Source of the DNA: Geosiphon pyriformis uo1
Lineage: Eukaryota > Fungi > Glomeromycota
DNA length: 31,484 nt
Reading direction: 5' to 3'
Assembly (NCBI GenBank): GCA_016748015.1
Contig: JAAOMT010000326.1
Coordinates: 1-31,484, forward strand
Each line of letters opens with the position of its first letter. The first letter of the stretch is position 1. Position numbers and translations under genes: made by a program. Below the pieces are notes generated by a model that saw nothing but the letters and a program-made list of their open reading frames with translations, was not told where the DNA came from and searched no databases. This document shows positions 11,753 through 23,109 of the stretch, in pieces.

Positions 11753-12475
11753 ATGAACCTAAAAACTGCTTCTGGTAGCAATATGTTAAAGAAAAAAACA
11801 CCAAAAAAAGCCCTTTATAATCCTGTTAGTGGTATTTTTTTTCAGAAAAAAAAGGTTTCAGTTGGCAACATTAAGTATTCAGACAATAAAAAGCAAATTT
11901 TTTTGACCAAACCTACTGTTAATGGTAGAATATTCTTGAATATGGATAGTGAGTTCAGTGAAAATAATGTTTCTGGTGCTGCAATAAATTCTGGTGGGAG
12001 TTTTTCTTTTGGCTCAGTGGCAACAACTCTCAAAGCTAAGAAATTTTATTCTGGTCTGGTTGGTGGCTCTTCTCTCAGTACAATTAACTTTAAAATAAAT
12101 GATAATAAGGTCTTTTTTCCCCTTCTCTTAATTTTTCTTTTGATAAAAAATAGGTTAATTCAAAAATAGTTAAGATTTAGGTGGAAATGGCTGTAAAAAA
12201 ATCCTTTGCATTAGACATAAACCTTTTAGCTGTGGAAAAAAAATCAATAACAGCAAAAATACAAATTATTAGAAAAATTTTTCAACTGTTAATGGTTTTG
12301 GGGGGACTACTACCTCCTTAAAATTTAAAAAAATCATCAGATCTATCTTTATGTCAAAAATAAACATAGAAAAAATCATTTTATTAGCCAAAGAAAAAGG
12401 GATCATCATAAACACTAATCTCAAAAAACAAAGAATGTGTTCAGATTGGACCATAGTAATTAAAGAGATTCCCAT
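11753..12475 (+). pseudogene. LINE ORF1 5' fragment (duplicate copy)
   Basis: MNLKTASGSN...IVIKEIP, near-identical to 13564-14286. Confidence 0.8.
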
Positions 12476-13169
12476 TGTTACTGGAGGTTTTTGGTCTCTT
12501 TTCTGTAATATTGTTGATATTTGTTTGCTGTGAATTCACGTTTTCTGGATGTAGTTGAACCTCCAGTAACTGAATTTTAACTTCAAATTATTTTCTATAA
12601 TTTGAACTTGCTGGGCTTATAAGTGGAATGGCCAATTCCATGCCAGTTACTTTATGTAGTTACATTGTAGTAAACGTTAACTCTTTCCCAGAAATTGCTC
12701 ATCTAAAAGTTCACTAAAAATATGTGTAGTTACTTTGCTGTAAAAGTCAACTCTTCTACAGGAATCTCATCTGTAGGCTACCTTAATGATTGTAATAAGA
12801 AAAGAAAAAGAAAAATAAAAAAAATATAAAAGAAATAGAATTTTATCAAGAGAAACATTTTCGATCCAGGCCTGGAGTCACTAACTGTTTATTGAAATTG
12901 GTAGCTAATCAATTTCAAAATGTTAGTTGAGTTTTGAGGATTTTCCAAGTGTAATACTTAAAGAATTTGGTTTTTTGAATTATTTGATATTTATTTTTTT
13001 TGTGTATGTAGGAATGGTTCTAAGTGATAAATCTAAAGTAAGATATATTTTCTCGAAAAGAGAAGCTCTTCTTTTATACAACTTGTTGTAACACTATTCT
13101 ATGAACTTGAACTTTGCTATTTTCTACAATTTCACTAAACTAAAGATACATTTTGGCAAACTACAAGTT
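12476..13169 (-). repeat. Partial third LTR of the Gypsy B family
   Basis: Begins TGTTACTGG; aligns to 14287-14969 and 23130-23812; truncated by the gap. Confidence 0.92.
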
Positions 13170-13563
13170 NNNNNNNNNNNNNNNNNNNNAGTTAATAGTA
13201 TTTAAAAAAATAAAAAATAATTTAAAAAGCTTTAATATTATTTTAATTGTTATTTTTTTATATTATTTAGTTATTTTTAAGTATTTTTTCTTTGTTAATA
13301 TTATAAAATTTAAAAATATCAGATTTTAAATAATTTAATCTGAAAAGTTTGAAATTTTTCTAATATTAAAATTAAGTTTTTTTTAAGTATTTTTTAATTT
13401 TTTTTAATTTTTTAATTTAAATTTAATTAAAATAATAGAAAAACTTCTTTCTTTCCTACTTCCCAAATCTTACAAAGAGCATTTTTGTAAAAAAAAAGTT
13501 TTTGTTTTTTGTTTTTTCTGTTATATTACTCTTAATATTTCTCAAGTTAGTAATATTTTTGTA

Positions 13564-14286
13564 ATGAACCTAAAAACTGCTTCTGGTAGCAATATGTTAA
13601 AGAAAAAAACACCAAAAAAAGCCCTTTATAATCCTGTTGGTGGTACTTTTTTTCAGAAAAAAAAGGTTTCAGTTGGCAACATTAAGTATTCAGACAATAA
13701 AAAGCAAATTTTCTTAACCAAATCTACTGTTAATGGTAGAATATTCTTGAATATGAATAGTGAGTTCAGTGAAAATAATGTTTCTGGTGCTGCAATAAAT
13801 TCTGGTGGGAGTTTTTCTCTTGGTTCAGTAACAACAACTCTCAAAGCTAAGAAATTTTATTCTGGTTTGGTTGGTGGCTCTTCTCTCAGTACAATTAACT
13901 TTAAAATAGATGATGATAAGGTCCTCTTTCCCCTTCTCTTAATTTTTCTTTTGATAAAAAATAGGTTAATTCAAAAATAGTTAAGATTCAGGTGGAAATG
14001 GCTGTAAAAAAATCTTTTGCATTAGACATAAACCTTTTAGCTGTGAAAGAAAAATCAATAACAGCAAAAATACAAATTATTAGAAAAATTTTTCAACTGT
14101 TAATAGTTTTGGGGGGACTACTACCTTCTTAAAATTTGAAGAAATCATCAGATCTATCTTTATGTCAAAAATAAGCATGGAAAAAATCATTTTATTAGCC
14201 AAAGAAAAAGGAATCATCATAAACACTAATCTCAAAAAACAAAGAATATGTTCAGATTGGGCCATAGTAATTAAAGAGATTCCCAT
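13564..14286 (+). pseudogene. LINE ORF1, 5' part
   Basis: Lys/Ser-rich N-terminus; frame continues at 24104 after the Gypsy insertion. Confidence 0.8.
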
Positions 14287-15256
14287 TGTTACCGGAGGTT
14301 TTTGGTCTCTTTTCTGTAATGTTGTTGATACTTGTTTGCTGTGAATTCACATTTTCTGGATGTGGTTGAACCTCCAGTAACTGAATTTTAATTTCAAATT
14401 ATCTTCTATAATTTGAACTTGCTGAACTTATAAGTAGAATAACTAATTCCATGCCAGTTACTTTATGTAGTTACATTGTAGTAAATGTTAACTCTTTCCC
14501 AGGAATTGCTCATCTGGAAGCTCACTAAAAATATGTATAGTTACTTTGCTGTGAAAGTCAACTCTTTTACAGGAATCTCATCTGTAGGCTACCTTAATGA
14601 TTGTAATAAGAAAATAAAAATAAAAATAAAAAAAATAGAATTTTATCAAGAGAAACATTTTTGATCCAAGCCTGGAGTCACTAACAGTTTACTGAAATTA
14701 GTAGCTAATCAATTTCAAAACGTTAGTTGAGTTTTGGGGATTTTCCAAGTATAATACTTAAAGAATTTGGTTTTTCGAATTATTTGATATTTATTTCTTT
14801 TGTGTATGTAGGAATAGTTCTAAGTGATAAATCTAAAGTAAGATACATTTTCTCGAAGAAAGAAGCTCTTCTTTTATACAACTTGTCGTAACACTATTCT
14901 ATGAACTTAAACTTTGCTATTTTCTACAATTTTGCTGAACTAAAAATACATTTTGGCGAATTACAAGTTATTTCTGCAAACTATTAGATATTTTGGTGAA
15001 CTATCAATTATTTCGGCAAATTTCTACAAATTTTGGCAAACTTTTGAATGTTACATAGTTCAGGGTATTGCATGATTTAATCATCGCAATTAGGTTACAT
15101 TTGTATTGTGTACAAATTGAGTTATTAATCAAATGATAATTTTGGACATTTTGTTAATGTAATAAGTGATAATTTGAAACGATAATATGCTAATTAATAA
15201 TAGGATTTATAAAATAATTTCATGCTAAATAATATCTTTAATTTCATTTGATAACA
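14287..15256 (-). repeat. 3' LTR of copy B (970 bp)
   Basis: TGTTACCGG...TTGATAACA; same length as and colinear with 23130-24099. Confidence 0.96.
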
Positions 15257-15944
15257 TAATCTCTTTCTCAAGACTGAGTTCCGTCGAAATCCAAGTACTG
15301 TCTGTAATTTCCAGATAGTAATCCAAAATTATTGAAGAAATTTGGTCTAAAAATTGTTGAAATTTCAGTTCTGTGAGCTTTCCAATGTATTGAATCTTCA
15401 AAGGTCATAATATTGGGTTTTGTAGGACATTTTTACAGGTGTAGAATAGGTCATAAAGTCTAAGAGCAGCTCTGAGCTTATAGCGACTGTTTGTTGGTCC
15501 AGCTATTGTCTTGAATTCATTGTGAAGTTGTTTCTGAATAGCTTCTTTTGTGAGGTTTGCTGTTGTAAGTTCCAGTTTCCATTCGTAGAATGTTTTTCCA
15601 ATGTGGAAATATCTATAGATTAGAGGATATTCAGTGTTTTCCTCATTGAGACACAGTTGAAGTCTTTGTTAAATTGTAGCATTTGGTGGAATACTAATCA
15701 GAGTGAGCATTAAGTTTTCTCTTAAAGCAAGCTATAAAAGTTCTGGCAGGTGAATTCCAGAATAACTTCTTGTATTCTTTTTATATGGGTGATATTTTCG
15801 TGAATTTGGGGCTAAATTTGTAACTACTTCTGTTTAGGTATAATTAATGTGGTTTTCAGTAACAGTAATGAATAATTCGGGTATTGTTTTTAAAACTAAC
15901 ATTAGTTTTTGGGATAATTGTTGAATGTTTTGAGAAATAGTCAT
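15225..15944 (-). pseudogene. ORF3 of copy B (240 codons, 4 in-frame stops, no frameshift; absent from ORF track)
   Basis: ATG at 15944 to TAG at 15225 is 720 nt. Manual translation MTISQNIQQL...IYRYFHIGKTF...YKLRAALRLYDLF...QYIGKLTELKFQQF...IKDII*; homologous to 216-719. Confidence 0.8.
15260..15269 (-). other. Polypurine tract (GAGAAAGAGA), copy B
   Basis: Purine run 3 nt from the 3' LTR. Confidence 0.8.
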
Positions 15945-16043
15945 TCTAAGAGATTTGAAAAAAAATTATTTTTGGTGTATGGGTTTTTATGTTATTTTTG
16001 TTTTGATTGTTTCTAAATTATAAGGGATAACTAGTAAATTAAA

Positions 16044-17429
16044 TTAAGTGTTCAGGTTGGAAGGTTGTTCAATGACAACTATTGGTTCTAAGTTTCGGGA
16101 AATATTTTCGAGATTGACTAAAGGGGAATGTGTACCAATTTGTGCAATTAATGGTTCAGGATTGTTTCTTGAATGATAGTATTTCAAACAATCTCCATGT
16201 GCAACTTTTGCTAAGATTTTGTCATCAAGTCTTAGCTTGTATGATCCGTTGCCTAGGACTTCATGGATAAAGAATGGTCCATCCCATTTGTTTTCAAATT
16301 TTTCACTCCATTGTTTTTCTGCTTTAGTTTTGTGTAAGAGAACTTTGTTTCTGATTTTAAATTCATTGGTGACTAGAGGCAAATTGTTGTCATGCCGTTC
16401 TTTTTATTGAGTTTGGGAGTGTTTAATATGGGTGGCTGCTATTTGTCGTTTTCCTTCCAATGTGCTAAGCAGAGTGTAGGCTCTTCACTAAAGCGTTTCT
16501 TGGAAATTGTTTTCATTAATTGGTTGTGCTGGGTATGTTTCCACTGTGAAACTAATTGGTAATGTTGCTGTTCTTCCGTAAGTTAAATCAAATGGTGTGT
16601 GTTTTGTGGTATCTTGTTTTAGTGTTCTATATGCTAGCAACACTGATGAAATAAAGATATCCCAATCTTGCTCAAAATCAATTGAGACTTTGGCTAATGA
16701 CTTACACACTATTCTGTTAAAACGTTCCACAAGTCCATTTGTTTGTGGATGGTAGGGTGAAGACAGAGGTCTTTTGACATTGAATTGTTTGCAAATTTCT
16801 TGTATCAGATTGTTCACAAAGTGTGTCCCCTGATCAGATAAAAGTTCAATTGGACATTCATGTCTATAAATGATGTTTTCATAGATGAAATTTGCTACTG
16901 ATTTTGCATCTGCTCGTTGAATGGCTTTGGCTTCGGGCCATTTAGTAAGATAGTCTATTGCTACTGCAATATAATGGTTTCCTTGAGTGGTAATAGATAG
17001 TGGTCTGACTAAATCAATACCAACTCAGTCAAAGGGTTGTCCAACTTTGATTGAATTTAATGGTTCAGTAGGGCATGTTCCTTCTCTTTTTTGACAACTA
17101 TTACAAGATTTGACATATTTGTAAATGTCTTTTCTCATTTAAGGCCAAAAGTAGTATTCTAGTGTTCTTTGGGTGGTGCTGTCTTTTCTGAAGTGGGCTG
17201 ATGAAGGATCTGAGTGCATGTTGTATAATATAGTCTCTTTTTCCTGTTCTTGTATTAATCTGAGTGGTTTGTCTAAGTTTTTGAAATTTCGATGATAAAT
17301 AATGTTGTTATGTAGGAAATATTGTTTGGCTTGTTGTTGTAGTCGATGTTTTTCATCTGGAGACCAATCTGTTGGAATTGTTAATGTTTCCAAATATTGT
17401 TTGAAATTGTTGTAGTTTTCCAAATTTAT
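16044..17429 (-). pseudogene. Integrase, copy B
   Basis: MHSDPSSAH..YFWP..KSCNSC; GIDLVRP; LLSDQGTHF; NGLVERFNR; KWDGPFFIHEVLGNGSYKL. All fragments share one frame; no chromodomain. Confidence 0.95.
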
Positions 17430-17480
17430 TGTTTGTTGGCTCTTTCGGTTGGTTAAGTTAAGTGTTGGTTTTTGTGTTTT

Positions 17481-18740
17481 CTAATCTTGTCTCATTCTGG
17501 AGAGACAGTCAACATTGGTGTGGAGTTTTCCTGGTTTGTGATGTACTATGTATCAATAGTTTGCTAGAAATTCTGTCCATCAGGTTTGTTTTGCATTCAG
17601 CTGAGTATTTTTGTTCTGAAGCCATTTGAGTCCAATATTATCAGTGATAATATCGAATTCTTTAGGCCTGAGATAAAGGTTGAAGTGGTGTAGGGCCCAA
17701 ATTACGGCTGCTGTTACTAGTTCTGTGGCAGGATAGTTTTTCTCAGCTGGTTTTAATGTTCTGCTAGCATAAGCAATTACTCGTTCATTTCCATTGTCAT
17801 CTAGTTGTGATAAGATGACACCAAAGACAGTATACGAAGCATCTGTAGCTAGTCGAAATTGGTTGCTGAAATCCAGGTAGGCGAAGATTGGAGCTGTTGT
17901 CAGTTTTTCCTTGAAAATTTTAAAAGCTTTTTGGTGTTTGGTAGTCCATTTGTATTCAACGTTTTTGGTGGTGAGCTGGTTAAGGGGTTTTGCAATTTCC
18001 GAGAATCCTTTGATAAACTTCCAATAGTAGGATGCTAATCTTATGAATTCTCTTAATTCTGTAGTATTTTGAGGAGTTTTGAAGTTTTTGACAACGCTGA
18101 TTTTTCCAGGGTCTGGTTTGATTCCATCTCTATTAATGATATGCCCAAGGAAGGCCAAGCTTGTTTTTTCAAAGTAGCATTTTTCGATGTTGAGTTTTAG
18201 TCCTGCTTTTTGTAATCATTGAAAAACTTCTCACAGGTGTTTTAAGTGTAATTCAAATGATGGAGAATAAACATCAGTATCATCAAGATAAATGACTACT
18301 GATTTCCAAAGAAGTCCTTGGTACACAACATCCATTAATCTCTGAAACGTTGCTGGTGCATTGCATAATCCGAAAGGTATTACATTAAACTCGTAATTTC
18401 CGCCTTGGGTGGTGAATGCTGTTTTGGGGTGATCTTTGAGATCCATAGCAACTTGCCAGTAACCGCTTTCTAAATCTAGTGTTAAAAAGTATTTGGATTT
18501 TTCAAGGGCATCCAACATGTCATCAATCTGGAGAAGGGGGTAGGCATCTCCAATTGTAACACTGTTGAGTTGTCGATAGTCAACACAAAATCGAATCTTC
18601 CCATTTTTTTTTTTAACTAGCACTACAAGTGAAGCCCAAGAACTCATGGAGGGTTGGATGAGCCCATTGTTAAGCATTTGTTGTACTTCTTCTTGGATGA
18701 ATTGGTGGCTTTCTAGAGCAACTCGATATGCTTGTTGTTT
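17481..18740 (-). pseudogene. pol: Reverse transcriptase + RNase H, copy B
   Basis: VLVKKKNGKIRFCVDYRQLN, TLDLESGYWQV, PFGLCNAPATFQR, YLDD, FLGHII, LATDAS, NYPATEL, IITDN. Confidence 0.97.
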
Positions 18741-19321
18741 TCTTGGTTTGGCATCTCCTGTGTAAATTTGGTGTTAGACCAAATCGGTTCTTTCCAAGTC
18801 ATTGTTGTTTTCAACAAAGATATCGGCAAATTTTACAATTAGCTCTTTGAGCTGGGTCTGTTGTTGTGGTTTAAGTTGTCCCATATTGATTCGAGATAGT
18901 TTTTCCATGACAACATGATAGTTTTTGGAGCTGGGGTTTGGGTTGATTTTTGGTAGTAAATGTCCAATAATTTTAGAGAAATTGGGGACTGTTTGGGGTA
19001 ATTCTTGTTGGAATATATTACTGTGAATAACTCCAATTTCTAAATTATTTAATAAAATTATAGGGTAATTATTGGAGTTGTAAAAAGTAACTTGGACTTT
19101 CTTTGTTCCTTCTGGAATATAAATGTTTGGAATTGAAATATTATGTTCCAAGCAGACTTGTTCATTGGACTCAAAAATTTGTTGTGTGGTTGTTGGCTTT
19201 GGGCAGGTGTAGATTTCCAGATGTTCTCCAAAGGGTGAGATGGTAATTGGTTGTGGAAGTCTTAGAATCTGGTGAGATTCTTTCTGTGTGTTAAGAGCTA
19301 TATTAACTGGAACTGTGAATC

Positions 19322-19750
19322 GTTCAGTTGAACCAAAACCTTGAGTTCCTCTATTGCTTTTTCCTAATTGTTCTCTTTGATTGACTAGTTGCAAACCCAA
19401 AATGTTGATTAAGGGTAGGTAAATAGCTTGGGCAATTTTTTCAGCATGTTTGATCTTAAATGGTTTGTCAGTTTCGTTTTGAAGCATCACTGTAATGTTT
19501 CCAGTATATCCAGCATTAATTATTCCTCCTCTGACATTGATTCCTTTGCTTGCCAGAGAGGACTGGGAGGTAATTTGAACCATTGCTTCTGGTGGGATTT
19601 CGAATGCAATTTTTAAGTTGATTTTTGTGAGGGATTTGGGTTTGAGAACAAGAGTATCTTTGCCTAGATATTTTAGGTCATATCTAGTATCAATTTCGTG
19701 TGCTTTTTCAGGTTTTATTCCTTGTCCATTGTTGTTGAAGTATTTAAGTT
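19322..19750 (-). pseudogene. dut: dUTPase domain of pol, copy B
   Basis: DTRYDL, TSQSSLA, GIINAGYTG, KIAQAI, RGTQGFGST; same frame as RT. Confidence 0.93.
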
Positions 19751-19864
19751 GTAAGACAGGCTGATTTTCAATAAGGTAGATAGGTATTGTTTTACTTTCT
19801 TCCATTATTTCAGGTTCTCCAAATTCAATTTCGTTCTCATCATTTTTGCTGGGCAAGGAGATAC

Positions 19865-20495
19865 TAAGAGTGTAGCATTTAGAACATTACTGTTCATCGC
19901 AAGGCATAATGCATTCTTCACATAGCCTAATGTTCATTTGCTTTAATTGTTGAATTTGAGCTTCTTGGGTTGGGTAGGTGTGACTTGCAATTTGGTGGTA
20001 GACTTCTATTTCATCTTCGTAATTGAATCCAGCTAATTCCATGGTGTATTCAATGTATTCTGCTTCCTTTATTTGACAAACATCTTTTTTAGTAGCTCCA
20101 TTAATTAATGCCATTGCTAGATCGAAAATCATTTTAGCATCATGGGGGTAGTGATAAAATTTGTTGAGAGCACTGTTGTATACTGCATTAAAGGGTGTTC
20201 TTTTTTTTACTTTTTCTGAAATTGATAAAGCATATTGGCAAGTCTGATTGCAGACTTCGCCTCTCATGGCTACATCAATCCAATTGCATTCTTCTGGTAG
20301 CATATTTCCACAAGTCAAACAAGAGGTGTTATCCTATTTTCTATTTTTTTTTATTAGATGGCCCCATTGTTCTCTGTGGCAAGCCTTGCAGTAATAACAA
20401 GTATGATTCTCATATTCTTCTTCAAGTGAAATGCAGGCTCCCATTGACAATAGTTTCTTGTGGCAGTCCTTACATTTAAGGGGAATATAGGGGCA
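19865..20495 (-). pseudogene. Cys-rich domain of unknown function, copy B
   Basis: IPLKCKDCHKK, TCYYCKACH, CLTCG, CNQTC, LCEECIMPCDEQ*CLKC. Confidence 0.75.
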
Positions 20496-20699
20496 TTGTT
20501 TCCTTGGTTCGGGTTTTGGGTAAGGGATATTCCATCCAAAGGTTTCGGGTTTAGTGTGTGGGTAAAATGTTCTTGTTCTGTTTTATTGGCCCAGTTGGAC
20601 GTTGATCCCAGAGCCATGAATGTTTCAATGAGAGGTTTTTTCTCTTCCGGTTCGAATTCAAAAGCCGGGGCTTTTTCAGAGCATTTGTTGAATATACCA

Positions 20700-21080
20700 C
20701 AAATGGCAGGTACCCGGGTGTGTTGTCCTTGGTAGGAGATTGTTAACTCTTGTGTTTCCCAATTCAGATTAGCATTGGCTTTTTGAAGCCAATCATTTCT
20801 GATGAGAGCTTGGTATTGGGGTGTGTCCATTACAAGAACTTTGACTGGAATGGTGATTCCATCAAGTGTAAACAAAAAATTGTCAATTTCTCCTACTGGG
20901 GTCTTTTTCATGCCATCAGTAGTAATGATTACTGTTTGAGCTGGTCAGTCGACATTTCTTTTCAACTGTTGCATTAACTGGTAGATGATAATGCTTCTGG
21001 TGGATTCACTGTCTAGGATCAAGCGAATTGTCTTTCCTTTGACTTCAGCTTTAGTGTACATGGCCGTAATTGCTTTTTGT
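20700..21080 (-). pseudogene. Aspartic protease, copy B
   Basis: IRLILDSEST (DSG mutated), ITTDG, ALIRNDWL. Confidence 0.88.
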
Positions 21081-21619
21081 TCATTGGCAGCTGCATTGCT
21101 AAGCAGAAATGGTGACTTATTTGCTTTGAACTCAAAAGGGAATATATCTGAAAGGTTAGTGTTTTTAGCGATTCTGGCTGGTGGAATTGTGGTGAGAGTA
21201 TAGAAAGGGTTTTGTTGTTGTTGTGCTGCAGCTCTACCTTCTGAGAGTGCAGTATGGTGAAAATCTTGTTCTTCCAGTATTGTTAAATAACTGGGTTGAG
21301 TGTGGTAGTAGTTGGGTTTTGGTTGAGTGGTATTTCGGAGAACCAATTGGTTGTTTGAACTGATTCTATTGTTGTTTACTTGGTATCAGTTTTGTGGTGT
21401 GAATTGATTTTGTGTAATCAGTCTTCGAGCAGATATTTGATAATGTTGTGTGGGTGGTTGTTGGTATTGCTGTTGGATTGGCTATGGGGCTGGCTGATAA
21501 TAGTTATTTTGGTATTGGGGTCTTGGTAGATAGTAAGCTGGTGGTGGTGGTTAATAATAAGATTGCTGTGGTAGAGAGTAATGTTGATTACTCCTATTTT
21601 GTTGGTCTCATTGTAGCTT

Positions 21620-23105
21620 TCTGCAATCTTTTTTCCAGTGACCAGAGATTCCACAGTAATGGCAATTCTGAGGCTGGTTATTGGAAAGTGGTGCAAAGTT
21701 ATTTTGATTTCATCTTTGGGGTTGCTGTTGTTGTTGATTGGTAAAATAGTTTTCAACCTTCTTTGTGAGTTGGTCAATTTTTTCCTCGGCTGCTGAGCTG
21801 GTTTCTCCAATTGCCAAATTTACAAGTTTTGTGCGGTTGGCCTCTTCCATGGCCATTTCATATCTTTTCGCATGCTGTATGACAGAGTTTAAATCTTCTG
21901 GCACATGTGGGCGAACCTTTTTAATTAGTTTATTTTTTAGACCAGCAATAAATTGATCCAAGATTTGAGCATCGAAATAATAATCGTTTGTTTTAAGTTG
22001 GTGAATTTGTCTGAAAAGTTTGTTGAATTTCCCAATATAAGTCATAACAGATTCAGAGGGTTCTTGTTTGATATTTCGAAAATGATTGCGAAGGGTGATG
22101 GAAGTATTATTGTTAGTGAACTGTTCAAAGAAAGCTGCTTTGAAAGCGTTCCAATCATTAAATGGGGCGGCCAAGTTTTCAAACCATTCTCCTGCTGTTC
22201 CTTTGAGAAAGTAGGGAATTGTTCTTAACATTCTGGCAGCATTCCATTCATTTGCATCTCCTGCTTTAGTAACTTGGTCGAGCCATTCTTGGGGACTGGT
22301 CTCAATGTCTTCTCCATTAAATTCAGGGATTTTTGCGATGTATGTTGTCATTTTGTTTTCTTTGTTTTCACTGTCTATTGATTCTTCTTCAGATATTTCT
22401 GGTTTGTTTTCTTCATTTGCTGCTGTCTTAGAGTGTTTACTTTGATTTTCAGCTAGAAAGTCAAGGAGATTGGAACTAGTTTGAAGAGGTTTCTTGTTGT
22501 CTGATGGGACTTCTGAGTGATGTAAAATCTTCTGGTCTTGCAAATCAATTTAAGGGTAAATTAGGCGTTTGTGCTTGTGTAAGTGAAACTGGAAAAGGTG
22601 TGATAGTAAGTGGAAGTTTTGAACTGGTTCCTTGTTCAGGTGTTTGTAAATAGTTGGCAGTTGTTTTTGGTAGTGTTGAAGTATTTGGGATGGTTCTTGA
22701 ATATTGTTTCAATTTGTTTTTGCCTTTGTTGCTTGTTTCTGTTTCCGATTCAAAATCAATAGTGTATTAAAACTGCACTGAATATGTCTCTTCACAGTAT
22801 TTGATAATGTTAAAATTAAGTTCGTAAAAGTAAGTGGCAAGTGTTTTGCTGTTAAGGTCTTCAGTTCCCAACTGTGAATAGTGTGCTAAATTATTGTAAA
22901 GATTGCTTCTAACTTCTGAGATATTGTAATTTCCAAAAAGATAATTGTTGATGCGGTTTTCAATGTATTGGTATACTGATTTCTTGACAACTTCAATTCC
23001 GTCTGGAATGTTGAATCTTTGTTTGCAGTGGGTGTAAATTGATTGGTAATACTCTAAAGTTGTTGCATCTGGTGTGGTCGCCACTTTGAATTTGTTGTTG
23101 CTGTG
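21620..23105 (-). pseudogene. gag: Gag with N-terminal extension and CCHC knuckle, copy B
   Basis: IPEFNGED..PQEWLDQV..LKGTAGEWF..IKQEPSESVMTY; CHYCGISGHWKKDC at ~21622-21663; one frameshift near 22490. Confidence 0.9.
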
Positions 23106-23109
23106 TTAT

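Larger units (their letters stand above)
11378..13169 (+). repeat. First copy of ~1.8-kb direct duplication (AT-rich flank + LINE 5' end + Gypsy LTR fragment)
   Basis: Colinear with 13190-14969; separated from it by a 20-N gap (13170-13189); same GAGATTCCCAT|TGTTAC junction. Confidence 0.93.

Noticed and set aside
13190-13440. LINE target-site duplication and exact 5' end
   Set aside because: The flanks are too AT-rich and decayed to call a TSD reliably.
15225-15944. Calling ORF3 env
   Set aside because: Short, with no evident signal peptide, fusion peptide or transmembrane anchor.
16044-16200. Chromodomain at the integrase C-terminus
   Set aside because: The tail after the GPF/SH3-like region is short and lacks the aromatic-cage (YLVKW-type) motif.
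20540-20570. Programmed ribosomal frameshift in pol
   Set aside because: The frameshifts in A (~4890) and B (~20558) are at different sites and in opposite directions; random indels.
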